Shown here: piece after piece, positions 1-7,835 of the stretch | Position numbering within the stretch: the stretch's first letter is position 1 | Layout: each line of letters starts with the position of its first letter | From: a virus | Lineage: Duplodnaviria; Heunggongvirae; Uroviricota; Caudoviricetes | Length of the DNA stretch: 8,762 nt | Virus record (IMG/VR): IMGVR_UViG_2734482780_000010 | Strand: one strand, 5' to 3' | The notes under the pieces: model-generated | What the model saw: the letters and a program-made list of their open reading frames with translations, nothing else | Told to the model about the DNA's origin: nothing | Databases searched by the model: none | Position numbers and translations under genes: made by a program

Positions 1-729
1 CTATTTGATCACGCAACACTTTACAGGCGGTACAGGACGATCGCCAGTGATAATGCTGAGGCGTAATTTAAACGGACGTTCTTTCAGACCTTCAAACGGA
101 ACGCATTTAAATTCAAATGCCACTGGCATAATGTCTTTGGTCTTCGCTTCGACAGACTCCATCAGGGAGCGTTTGCCGCTGAAGTCATTATCTTCAAAAT
201 CAGCGGTCTGGTTTGCTTCAATCGTGATTTTACGGACTGCCGCAGCCGCTTTTGTTGCTTGAATGGCGTCACCATTAGCATCAAAGCCCACAAGGTAGTC
301 GGCCCAGTCTTCGATCCATTCTGCCAGTGACTTCTGGGAGTTACGCTCGCCGTTAACAGACAACAGAGCAGAGAACGGTGCTGTCTTTTTCAGTTTGAGA
401 GTGGCAGTGTTATCTGCGTGACCTGGCTCATCAATAGTACCCAGGTTAAGCACACTGACGGCACGCATATTATCGGCATCGATAAAGCAGCGGGTGCCTT
501 CATCTGCAAGATCTTTAGAATAACGGGTAAAATCATCGATGCTGGCAGTGGAAAGTGCACCACGGAAACGGAAGCGATTTAAATTAAATTTTTCCAGATC
601 ATGAATGCGGAAATTCTCAGGCAATGCCACAGCATCGGCACCAATCTTACTGATAATTTCATTAACACCCTGAGCAGAAATAAGGGCATGGATTTGATTA
701 ATTGCGGTTGCGTCTAAGTTCTGAGACAT
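1..729 (-). CDS. DUF2303 family prophage protein (YfdQ-like)
   Basis: Complete 242-aa ORF on the minus strand; start ATG at 729, stop codon at 1-3 exactly at the window edge. Purine-rich SD-like sequence (GTGAGGAC) upstream of the ATG. Identification as YfdQ/DUF2303 is from recalled similarity to E. coli CPS-53 YfdQ, not from a search. Confidence 0.6.
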   Translation of the reverse strand: MSQNLDATAINQIHALISAQGVNEIISKIGADAVALPENFRIHDLEKFNLNRFRFRGALSTASIDDFTRYSKDLADEGTRCFIDADNMRAVSVLNLGTIDEPGHADNTATLKLKKTAPFSALLSVNGERNSQKSLAEWIEDWADYLVGFDANGDAIQATKAAAAVRKITIEANQTADFEDNDFSGKRSLMESVEAKTKDIMPVAFEFKCVPFEGLKERPFKLRLSIITGDRPVPPVKCCVIK

Positions 730-952
730 AATAAGTCCTCACTATATAAAGATATTCAGTGATGAGATAAATAATCAGTTTATTACGAACGATATTAACG
801 ACCTGCTGCGCGGAGTTTTCCGTCAGGTTCACCGGCAAGAGTCAGTAATTGTCCCTGGTCTTCCTGCAGAATAGTCAGGCGACCACCGCGATTGACATAC
901 ATCGGCGTTTCGGTGGTGTCTTCTTCGGAAATTTTCCCGCGGTTACCGTTCA

Positions 953-1162
953 GTGAATGCAGCGGTGGAGCATCTTCGCGCACTGGAGAAAAAAGGCGTC
1001 ATCACGATAAAGCGTGGCGTGGCCCGGGGCATCACGCTTCATACCGCGGTGAAGGACGACGACAGCGAGGTGGCCGGGATTATCCGCGCACTGCTTGCTG
1101 GTGAGGAAAACGCCAGGCTGCGTGCAGCCCACTGGTTACATGAGAGGGGGCTGAAAGTATGA
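953..1162 (+). pseudogene. LexA-like gene fragment (recognition helix, wing and linker only); probable remnant
   Basis: Translation '...RGYRSVNAAVEHLRALEKKGVITIKRGVARGITL...' matches LexA residues about 36-70 ('[34 protein letters not shown]', 17 of 26 identical in the core). The frame only opens at 896 after a TGA; there is no ATG, the first possible start is GTG 953 with no Shine-Dalgarno. Helices 1-2 and the whole S24 peptidase domain are absent. The stop overlaps the rusA start as ATGA. Confidence 0.5.
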
Positions 1163-1548
1163 AGCTGATTCTGCCTTTTCCACCCAGCGTGAACACCTAC
1201 TGGCGACACCCCAACAAAGGGGCATTTGCTGGTAAGAGCCTGATAAGCGCGGCGGGGCGAAAATTCCAGAGTGCGGCGTGCACAACAATAGTTGAGCAGT
1301 TACGTCGTCTGCCGAAACCAACGTCGGCACCTGCTTCAGTGGAGATCGTGTTGTTTCCTCCGGATAACCGGATCCGCGATCTGGACAACTATAACAAGGC
1401 GCTGTTTGACGCCCTGACCCACGCGGGTGTGTGGGAAGACGACAGCCAGGTGAAAAGAATGCTGGTGGAGTGGGGACCGGTTATCCCGGAAGGGAAGGTC
1501 GAGATCACTATCAGTAAGTACGAGAAAACGGCGGGTGCAGCCGCCTGA
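1159..1548 (+). CDS. rusA: Holliday junction resolvase RusA (crossover junction endodeoxyribonuclease)
   Basis: 129-aa ORF with RusA-family features (N-terminal 'LPFPPSVNTYWRH', 'RDLDNYNKALFDALTHAGVWEDDSQV' acidic catalytic core). SD GAGGGGG 8-9 nt upstream of ATG 1159. Confidence 0.85.
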   Translation: MKLILPFPPSVNTYWRHPNKGAFAGKSLISAAGRKFQSAACTTIVEQLRRLPKPTSAPASVEIVLFPPDNRIRDLDNYNKALFDALTHAGVWEDDSQVKRMLVEWGPVIPEGKVEITISKYEKTAGAAA

Positions 1549-1567
1549 TCAAGAGGAGAAACGAAGT

Positions 1568-2365
1568 ATGAATAATCTGATGGTCATTGATGGTATTGAA
1601 GTTCGTCGTGATGCTTATGGGCGTTACAGCCTGAACGATCTGCACAGGGCTGCCGGTTCTCTGGATAAGCATAAGCCTGCATTCTGGCTCCGCAATGAGC
1701 AAACTGAACGTTTAATAAGCGAGTTGCAGATTTGCAACTCGGTCAATATAGAGCCAGTTAACGTTATTCGTGGCGGAAATAACCAGGGGACGTATGTCTG
1801 CAAAGAACTGGTGTATGCCTATGCAATGTGGATCAGCCCGTCATTCCATCTGAAGGTGATCCGTACTTTCGATATGGTAACCAGCGCATCGGAAAAATTA
1901 TCCGGGCAGGCTGCTGACAAGATGCAGGCTGGCGTGATTCTGCTGGACTTTATGCGCCGGGAGTTAAACCTGTCTAACTCTTCAGTGCTTGGTGCCTGTC
2001 AGAAACTCCAGGAGGCTGTTGGCTTACCGAATCTGGCACCGCGCTATGCCATTGATGCTCCTGCTGACGCGCCTGATGGCTCAAGCCGTCCCACGCTGTC
2101 ACTGAGTGCACTGCTGAAGCAGTATGGTATCCGCCTGACAGCTAATCAGGCATATCACCAGATGGTGAAGCTGGGGATCGTCGAGCAGCGCGAACGATAC
2201 AGCCGTACCGCTATTAACAACATCAAAAAATTCTGGTCGCTGACAGCGAAAGGCTGCATGTTCGGCAAGAACATCACCAGTCCCGCAAATCCGCGCGAGA
2301 CGCAGCCGCATTTCTTCGAATCCCGATTCCCTGAGCTGTTAAAGCTGCTCGATACCGTTCATTGA
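1568..2365 (+). CDS. KilA-N domain protein with C-terminal antirepressor-like extension
   Basis: ATG 1568 preceded by a strong SD (AAGAGGAG); the track's GTG 1535 start overlaps rusA and is less likely. The N-terminal ~100 aa ('MNNLMVIDGIEVRRDAYGRYSLNDLHRAAG...GTYVCKELVYAYAMWISPSFHLKVIRTFD') is a typical KilA-N (APSES-like) DNA-binding domain. C-terminal half uncharacterised. Confidence 0.75.
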   Translation: MNNLMVIDGIEVRRDAYGRYSLNDLHRAAGSLDKHKPAFWLRNEQTERLISELQICNSVNIEPVNVIRGGNNQGTYVCKELVYAYAMWISPSFHLKVIRTFDMVTSASEKLSGQAADKMQAGVILLDFMRRELNLSNSSVLGACQKLQEAVGLPNLAPRYAIDAPADAPDGSSRPTLSLSALLKQYGIRLTANQAYHQMVKLGIVEQRERYSRTAINNIKKFWSLTAKGCMFGKNITSPANPRETQPHFFESRFPELLKLLDTVH

Positions 2366-2366
2366 G

Positions 2367-3362
2367 GTGACCGTGAGAGCACTACTGACCCCTGAAATTG
2401 CCCCGCGTATGGGGATCGTATTGTTCAGGCCCGGTTCAGAGCTGATGCCCCTGTTTATGCAGGGGCGTGTACTGCTGGAGCCTGAGCCGGAGCATTATTC
2501 ATCTTTCGCCAGTGGTGCCGTTCCCGCGGCATCACAACCGCTGGCGGATGATCCTGCCGTTCGGGCCGTGTTCCGTAATGAGGCAGTGATTCGTCGTGCT
2601 GGTGGGGTGGAATGTCTTGAAAGCTGGTTACTTCGTGAAAAAGGCTGCCAGTGGCCTCATTCCGACTGGCACAGCGAGAACATGACCACAATGCGACACG
2701 CGCCGGGCGCAATCCGTCTGTGCTGGCACTGCGATAATCAGTTACGTGATCAGTTCACGGAGCGGCTGGAATCAATGGCAACGGATAACTGTGCCCATTG
2801 GGTGTTGTCTGTAGTCCGTCGGGATCTCGATTTTAATGATAACCATGCCGTGACAATGCCGGAACTGTGCTGGTGGCTGGTTCGTAATGACCTGGCGGAT
2901 GCCTTACCGGAAAGCGCAGCCCGTAAGGCACTGAGATTACCGAAGTCTGTTTTGCCGTCTGTCACCCGGGAAAGTGACCTTGTGCCTTCGGTTCCTGCCA
3001 CCAGCATTATCCAGGATAAAGCGAAAAAGGTGCTGGCGCTGAAAGTGGATCCGGAGTCGCCGGAGTCTTTTATGTTACGCCCCAAACGTCGTCGCTGGGT
3101 TAATGAACAGTACACGCGCTGGGTTAAGACGCAGCCGTGTGCATGTTGTGGAAAGCCAGCTGATGATCCGCATCATCTGATAGGCCATGGTCAGGGTGGA
3201 ATGGGTACAAAAGCGCATGACCTTTTTGTGCTGCCTTTGTGCAGAAAACACCACGACGAACTGCATGCGGATACCGTGGCATTTGAAGAGAAGTATGGCT
3301 CCCAGCTGGAGCTGATATTTCGTTTTATCGATCGCGCACTGGCGATTGGTGTGCTGGCCTGA
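2367..3362 (+). CDS. DUF968 family prophage protein (YdfU-like) with C-terminal Cys/His zinc-binding HNH-like motif
   Basis: 331-aa ORF starting 1 nt after the KilA-N stop (GTG 2367; alternatives GTG 2373 with the GAGGTG SD, or ATG 2410). C-terminal '[14 protein letters not shown]...[10 protein letters not shown]' cluster. Family assignment is from memory. Confidence 0.7.
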   Translation: MTVRALLTPEIAPRMGIVLFRPGSELMPLFMQGRVLLEPEPEHYSSFASGAVPAASQPLADDPAVRAVFRNEAVIRRAGGVECLESWLLREKGCQWPHSDWHSENMTTMRHAPGAIRLCWHCDNQLRDQFTERLESMATDNCAHWVLSVVRRDLDFNDNHAVTMPELCWWLVRNDLADALPESAARKALRLPKSVLPSVTRESDLVPSVPATSIIQDKAKKVLALKVDPESPESFMLRPKRRRWVNEQYTRWVKTQPCACCGKPADDPHHLIGHGQGGMGTKAHDLFVLPLCRKHHDELHADTVAFEEKYGSQLELIFRFIDRALAIGVLA

Positions 3363-3379
3363 TTTTGTGGAGAAAGTTA

Positions 3380-3763
3380 ATGCGTGATATTCAGATGGTT
3401 CTTGAACGTTGGGGAGCGTGGGCGGCTAATAATCATGAAGATGTGACCTGGTCGTCCATTGCCGCCGGTTTTAAGGGATTAATTCCTTCAAAAGTAAAAT
3501 CTCGCCCGCAATGTTGTGACGATGACGCGATGATCATTTGCGGGTGCATGGCCCGTCTGAAAAAGAACAACAGCGATTTGCACGATTTATTAGTAGATTA
3601 TTATGTAGTCGGTATGACATTCATGTCACTGGCAGGTAAGCATTGCTGCTCTGATGGTTATATCGGGAAAAGGTTACAGAAGGCTGAGGGCATAATTGAA
3701 GGGATGTTAATGGCATTAGATATCCGGTTAGAGATGGATATCGTTGTTAATAACTCTAATTAA
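3380..3763 (+). CDS. quuD: Late-gene antitermination protein Q (QuuD-type)
   Basis: 127-aa ORF beginning '[22 protein letters not shown]...', recognised as the DLP12 QuuD sequence. ATG 3380 with SD GGAGAAAG; the track's upstream start at 3365 is unlikely. Sits immediately upstream of the lysis region. Confidence 0.85.
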   Translation: MRDIQMVLERWGAWAANNHEDVTWSSIAAGFKGLIPSKVKSRPQCCDDDAMIICGCMARLKKNNSDLHDLLVDYYVVGMTFMSLAGKHCCSDGYIGKRLQKAEGIIEGMLMALDIRLEMDIVVNNSN

Positions 3764-3796
3764 TATGCCAATTGTTTACTGAAAATTATTAAAAAT

Positions 3797-3814
3797 GGGG
3801 CGTTGCAACGCCCC
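3797..3814 (-). terminator. Rho-independent terminator for nmpC/IpeX transcription
   Basis: Perfect 18-bp GC-rich palindrome GGGGCGTTGCAACGCCCC; on the minus strand it is followed by a U-rich tract (ATTTTTAATAATTTTC). The plus-strand flank is A-rich, so it is poor as a plus-strand terminator. Confidence 0.5.
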
Positions 3815-3882
3815 CAAAAATAAAGGGTAATATATAACAGAAGGTTTATATAGTTAGAAGCAAGGTTGTGCTCCTAAAGGAA

Positions 3883-3950
3883 GTGGCTTGAGGGAGCCAC
3901 TTATATGTTGGGGAGGCAACGCCTCCCGCAACATATCTTTTTCGTAATCA
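3883..3950 (+). terminator. Tandem stem-loops; second followed by T5: candidate tR'-like terminator for transcripts leaving Q
   Basis: Hairpin 1 AAGTGGCT-TGAGGG-AGCCACTT (3883-3904). Hairpin 2 ATATGTTGGGGAGGC-AAC-GCCTCCCGCAACATAT (3905-3945) followed by CTTTTT on the plus strand. About 140-190 nt downstream of the Q stop, comparable to the lambda pR'-tR' distance. The same structures lie in the nmpC 3' UTR on the other strand. Confidence 0.4.
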
Positions 3951-3952
3951 GA

Positions 3953-5050
3953 TTAGAACTGGTAAACCAGACCTACAGCAACGATGTCATCAGTGCTTAC
4001 ACCGAGTGCTTTAGTGAAGTCATTTTTGTCAAGCAGGTTGATTTTGTAATCAACGAAAGTAGACATATTTTTGTTGAAGTAATAGGTTGCACCTACATCA
4101 ACATATTTGACTAAGTCCTGATCGCCCCATACTCCAAGATCCTTACCTTTAGATTGCAGGTAAGCAACGGACGGACGCAGACCGAAATCGAACTGATATT
4201 GTGCAACAGCTTCGAAGTTTTGAGCTTTATTAGCAACGAAGTGATCAGCAAATACAGTCATATTCTGGGTTTCAGAATAGGTAGTGGCCAGGTAAATGTT
4301 GTTAGCGTCATATTTCAGACCTGCGGCCCAAACTTCTGCATTTTTACCGGAAGCAAATACTTCAGGAAGAACTTTCCCTGCATTAACTTGAGTGTCGGTA
4401 CGATCAGATTTCGCATAAGTTGCACCGATACCGAATCCTTCGTATTCATAGGTAGCAGAGAAACCGAAGCCATCACCGTTACCTTCGGTGTAGTTATCGA
4501 AATCGCTACGATCGTTTTTGCCTTGGTACTGAGCAGCAAAGTTCAGACCATCAACCAGACCAAAGAAGTCGTTGTTACGATAGGTTGCAACACCAGTGGT
4601 GCGACCAGTCATGAACACATCTGTTTGGGTCCAGGTATCGCCACCGAATTCTGGCAGAACGTCAGTCCACGCACCGATGTCGTATGCTACACCGTAGTTA
4701 CGGCCGTAATCGATTGAGCCGTAGTCACCGAATTTCAGGCCTGCAAATGCAAGACGGGTTTTGTCTTTGGAGGAACCTTGAGATTCAGCGCGGTTGCCTT
4801 TGAATTCATATTCCCACTGACCGAAACCAGTCAGCTGATCGTTGATTTGGGTTTCGCCTTTGAAGCCCAGACGAACATAAGTAGTATCACCATCATCTGC
4901 ATCGTTAGAGGAAAAGTAGTGCTTGGCATTAACTTTCCCGTACAGATCCAGCTTGTTACTGTCTTTATTATAAATTTCAGCTGCCTGAGCAGACATCGCC
5001 ATCAGTACTGATGCAGCTACAGCAGAAATTGCCACTGTTAATTTTTTCAT
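3953..5050 (-). CDS. nmpC: Outer membrane porin, NmpC/OmpD/Lc family (intact)
   Basis: 365-aa ORF with signal peptide '[23 protein letters not shown]|AEIYNK', general porin motifs and C-terminal 'VGLVYQF' ending in Phe. No IS interruption. Lower GC than the flanking phage genes, consistent with a moron. Confidence 0.9.
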   Translation of the reverse strand: MKKLTVAISAVAASVLMAMSAQAAEIYNKDSNKLDLYGKVNAKHYFSSNDADDGDTTYVRLGFKGETQINDQLTGFGQWEYEFKGNRAESQGSSKDKTRLAFAGLKFGDYGSIDYGRNYGVAYDIGAWTDVLPEFGGDTWTQTDVFMTGRTTGVATYRNNDFFGLVDGLNFAAQYQGKNDRSDFDNYTEGNGDGFGFSATYEYEGFGIGATYAKSDRTDTQVNAGKVLPEVFASGKNAEVWAAGLKYDANNIYLATTYSETQNMTVFADHFVANKAQNFEAVAQYQFDFGLRPSVAYLQSKGKDLGVWGDQDLVKYVDVGATYYFNKNMSTFVDYKINLLDKNDFTKALGVSTDDIVAVGLVYQF

Positions 5051-5638
5051 CGTGAGCCCTTTTTTTTGAACTATTATTAAAAAATGATGTCACTGCGCGA
5101 TAAATATTCATCTAATCAATGTGATTATTTCAAGATGTAAGTTTTAGTTTCTCATTTAATTTGTGAAGTAGATCTCTATTTTTATCTGAACTTTTTCTAT
5201 CGAAACCTATTTATGGCTCTTATTTGAACAAAAATAAATCTATTAGCTAATTTATATTAATGGCTGTTATTTATGGTGGTTCTATAATTCGTCTGTTTAA
5301 TTTAAACCAGCTAAAAATAACACTGGAAATTATTTATTGGTTATTTGTTGAAGTTTTCTTATGTATTTGTGGTGATGTTTTGAACACTCGGTAGCATTCT
5401 CATAAATATCATTCAGTGGTTTACGTACGTAAAAAATTGGTTATGCTGTTAAGAGTGGTTACTTCGTCACACAGCTTAAACCCGCCGTCGAGCTGGTTTT
5501 TCCATTTTTTGAGTCTCGATATTAGCTGATAACTCAATACCTGAGTTATTCACTGACTCGGAGTCAGTTACGTTTCTGCTTTTTTGCGATACGTTGTATT
5601 CCCTCAATTTACACCCGCTTTGTCTGCGAGGTGGGGTT
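5051..5638. promoter_or_regulatory. AT-rich intergenic region: nmpC promoter/leader (minus strand) and the region upstream of the lysis cassette with tandem hairpins
   Basis: About 590 bp, strongly AT-rich, no convincing ORF. Tandem inverted repeats ATAACTCA-ATACC-TGAGTTAT (5529-5549) and ACTGACTC-G-GAGTCAGT (5552-5568), followed by a T-rich tract ending in TTTTTT (5580-5585), then SD GAGGTGGGG before essD. Confidence 0.4.
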
Positions 5639-5854
5639 ATGAAATTCATGGATAAGTTAACAACTGGAGTCGCCTATGGCACCTCAGCAGGTAGTGCCGG
5701 TTACTGGTTTTTACAGCTGCTCGATAAAGTCACTCCCTCACAGTGGGCAGCAATAGGTGTGCTGGGTAGCCTGGTATTTGGCCTGCTGACGTACCTGACA
5801 AACCTTTATTTCAAGATTAAAGAAGATAAGCGCAAGGCTGCGAGAGGTGAATAA
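5639..5854 (+). CDS. essD: Class II holin/pinholin, phage 21 S-type, with dual-start motif
   Basis: 71-aa product '[24 protein letters not shown]...' with two TMDs. Met1 (5639) and Met4 (5648) give the Met-Lys-x-Met dual start of S21 (antiholin S71/holin S68). SD GAGGTGGGG upstream. The track's TTG 5594 start is rejected. Confidence 0.85.
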
Positions 5855-6351
5855 TGCCTCCATCATTACGAAAAGCCGTTGCTGCTGCTATTGGTGGCGG
5901 AGCAATTGCTATAGCATCAGTGTTAATCACTGGCCCAAGTGGTAACGATGGTCTGGAAGGTGTCAGCTACATACCATACAAAGATATTGTTGGTGTATGG
6001 ACTGTATGTCACGGACACACCGGAAAAGACATCATGCTCGGTAAAACGTATACCAAAGCAGAATGCAAAGCACTCTTGAATAAAGACCTTGCCACTGTCG
6101 CCAGACAAATTAACCCGTATATCAAAGTCGATATACCGGAAACAACGCGCGGCGCTCTTTACTCATTCGTTTACAACGTGGGTGCTGGCAATTTTAGAAC
6201 ATCGACGCTTCTTCGCAAAATAAACCAGGGCGATATCAAAGGCGCATGTGATCAGCTGCGTCGCTGGACATACGCTGGCGGTAAGCAATGGAAAGGCCTG
6301 ATGACTCGTCGTGAGATTGAGCGTGAAGTCTGTTTGTGGGGGCAACAGTGA
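5854..6351 (+). CDS. rrrD: SAR endolysin (phage 21 R-type lysozyme)
   Basis: 165 aa; N-terminal Gly/Ala-rich weakly hydrophobic SAR domain '[20 protein letters not shown]' followed by a T4-lysozyme-like domain. Start overlaps the essD stop (TAATG). Confidence 0.9.
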
Positions 6352-6809
6352 GCAGAGTAACCGCGATTATATCCGCTCTGATTATCTGCATCATCGTCAG
6401 CCTGTCATGGGCGGTCAATCATTACCGTGATAACGCAATCGCCTACAAAGTCCAGCGCGACAAAAATGCCAGAGAACTGAAGCTAGCGAACGCGGCAATT
6501 ACTGACATGCAGATGCGTCAGCGTGATGTTGCTGCGCTCGATGCAAAATACACGAAGGAGTTAGCTGATGCGAAAGCTGAAAATGATGCTCTGCGTGATG
6601 ATGTTGCCGCTGGTCGTCGTCGGTTGCACATCAAAGCAGTCTGTCAGTCAGTGCGTGAAGCCACCACGGCCTCCGGCGTGGATAATGCAGCCTCCCCCCG
6701 ACTGGCAGACACCGCTGAACGGGATTATTTCACCCTCAGAGAGAGGCTGATCACTATGCAAAAACAACTGGAAGGAACCCAGAAGTATATTAATGAGCAG
6801 TGCAGATAG
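6348..6809 (+). CDS. rzpD: Rz i-spanin (inner membrane spanin subunit)
   Basis: 153 aa from GTG 6348, overlapping the rrrD stop (GTGA). N-terminal TMD '[18 protein letters not shown]', coiled-coil-rich periplasmic domain. From memory, near-identical to lambda Rz. Confidence 0.85.
6568..6750 (+). CDS. rzoD: Rz1 o-spanin lipoprotein, embedded in the +1 frame of Rz
   Basis: 60-aa ORF wholly inside rzpD in another frame; lipoprotein signal with lipobox 'VVVGC', Pro-rich mature part. Classic embedded Rz/Rz1 architecture. Confidence 0.8.
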   Translation: MRKLKMMLCVMMLPLVVVGCTSKQSVSQCVKPPRPPAWIMQPPPDWQTPLNGIISPSERG

Positions 6810-6834
6810 AGCTGACCATATCGATGGGCAACTC
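6808..6834. terminator. Imperfect inverted repeat between convergent rzpD and borD (degenerate bidirectional terminator)
   Basis: GAGCTGACCAT-ATCG-ATGGGCAACTC; the arms are complementary except for two mismatches. Sits between the stop codons of two convergent genes. Confidence 0.3.
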
Positions 6835-6840
6835 ATGCAA

Positions 6841-7134
6841 TTATTTTGAGCAATACACACGCGCTTCCAGCGGAGTATAAATGCCTAAAGTAATAAAACC
6901 GAGCAATCCATTTACGAATGTTTGCTGGGTTTCTGTTTTAACAACATTTTCTGCGCCGCCACAAATTTTAGCTGCATCGACAGTTTTCTTCTGCCCAATT
7001 CCAGAAACGAAGAAATGATGGGTGATGGTTTCCTTTGGTGCTACTGCTGTCTGTTTGTTTTGAACAGTAAATGTCTGTTGAGCACATCCTGTAATAAGCA
7101 GGGCCAGCGCAGTAGCGAGTAGCATTTTTTTCAT
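6841..7134 (-). CDS. borD: Bor lipoprotein (serum-resistance protein, lambda Bor homolog)
   Basis: 97 aa; lipoprotein signal 'MKKMLLATALALLITGC'. Recognised as lambda Bor. Confidence 0.9.
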   Translation of the reverse strand: MKKMLLATALALLITGCAQQTFTVQNKQTAVAPKETITHHFFVSGIGQKKTVDAAKICGGAENVVKTETQQTFVNGLLGFITLGIYTPLEARVYCSK

Positions 7135-7424
7135 GGTGTTATTCCCGATGCTTTTTGAAGTTCGCAGAATCGTATGTGTAGAAAATTAAACAAACCCTAA
7201 ACAATGAGTTGAAATTTCATATTGTTAATATTTATTAATGTATGCCAGGTGCGATGAATCGTCATTGTATTCCCGGATTAACTATGTCCACAGCCCTGAC
7301 GGGGAACTTCTCTGCGGGAGTGTCCGGGAATAATTAAAAACGATGCACACAGGGTTTAGCGCGTACATGCATTGTATTATGCCAACACCCCGGTGCTGAC
7401 ACGGAAGAAACCGGACGTTATGAT

Positions 7425-7835
7425 TTAGCGTGGAAAGATTTGTGTAGTGTTCTGAATGCTCTCAGTAAATAGTAATGAATTATCAAAGGTATAGTAATAT
7501 CTTTTATGTTCGTGGATATTTGTAATCCATCGGAAAACTCCTGCTTTAGCAAGATTTTCCCTGTATTGCTGAAATGTGATTTCTCTTGATTTCAACCTAT
7601 CATAGGACGTTTCTATAAGATGCGTATTTCTTGAGAATTTAACATTTACAACCTTTTTAAGTCCTTTTATTAACACGGTGTTATCGTTTTCTAACACAAT
7701 GTGAATATTATCTGTGGCTAGATAGTAAATATAATGTGAGACATTGTGACGTTTTAGTTCAGAATAAAACAATTCACAGTTTAAATCTTTTCGCACTTGA
7801 TCGAATATTTCTTTAAAAATGGCAACCTGAGCCAT
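7425..7835 (-). CDS. ybcV: DUF1398 family prophage protein YbcV
   Basis: 136 aa from ATG 7835 (SD GGAAGG 9-14 nt upstream). The same frame stays open upstream to TTG 7958 (177 aa, track entry) with an ATG at 7877; start chosen for the SD and recalled YbcV length. Confidence 0.65.
   Translation of the reverse strand: MAQVAIFKEIFDQVRKDLNCELFYSELKRHNVSHYIYYLATDNIHIVLENDNTVLIKGLKKVVNVKFSRNTHLIETSYDRLKSREITFQQYRENLAKAGVFRWITNIHEHKRYYYTFDNSLLFTESIQNTTQIFPR

Larger units (their letters stand above)
3786..3952 (-). ncRNA. ipeX: nmpC 3' UTR / IpeX-like sRNA region (approximate bounds)
   Basis: Untranslated region between the nmpC stop (3953) and a minus-strand rho-independent terminator (3797-3814 stem, U-tract to about 3781). 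IpeX is described as lying in the nmpC 3' UTR of DLP12; the region contains strong stem-loops (3883-3904, 3905-3945). Exact ends not determinable here. Confidence 0.4.

Noticed and set aside
5-262. Plus-strand 85-aa ORF inside the YfdQ-like gene, and other short overlapping ORFs (892..1104, 950..1132, 1136..1330, 1197..1388, 1511..1702, 5923..6108, 6163..6345, 6236..6418, 6648..6860, 6922..7122, 7955..8194, 8082..8288)
   Set aside because: Each overlaps a better-supported gene on the same or opposite strand and lacks a start context or recognisable protein features.
795-983. 62-aa minus-strand ORF (MREDAPPLHSLNGNRGK...) upstream of the YfdQ-like gene
   Set aside because: Overlaps antisense with the LexA-homologous reading frame, has no recognisable domain or SD and is hydrophilic/low-complexity. 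Cannot exclude a real small gene, but the evidence is insufficient.
1535-2365. 276-aa version of the KilA-N ORF starting at GTG 1535 inside the rusA 3' end
   Set aside because: ATG 1568 has a canonical SD and the KilA-N domain begins there; the upstream extension is just an open frame overlapping rusA.
2099-3266. Minus-strand ORFs antisense to the KilA-N and DUF968 genes (2099..2311, 2455..2712, 2750..3115, 3075..3266)
   Set aside because: Antisense to strongly supported plus-strand genes; Arg/Ser/Ala-rich translations typical of GC-rich antisense frames.
3905-4114. Plus-strand ORFs antisense to nmpC (3905..4114, 4154..4717, 4778..5011) and minus-strand ORF 4315..4539
   Set aside because: Lie wholly within, or overlap antisense to, the well-supported porin gene; no RBS or domain signal. 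Typical spurious frames.
5051-5520. Small ORFs in the AT-rich spacer (for example a 44-codon ORF starting 'MAVIYGGSIIRLF')
   Set aside because: No SD; the composition-driven open frames are expected in AT-rich DNA with frequent ATG/TTG, and none looks protein-like.
5594-5854. Extended 86-aa version of the holin ORF starting at TTG 5594
   Set aside because: A strong SD (GAGGTGGGG) precedes ATG 5639 and the 71-aa product matches the S21 dual-start architecture; the TTG extension has no RBS.
6336-6809. 157-aa version of Rz starting at GTG 6336
   Set aside because: GTG 6348 gives the 153-aa Rz with the GTGA overlap to the endolysin stop.
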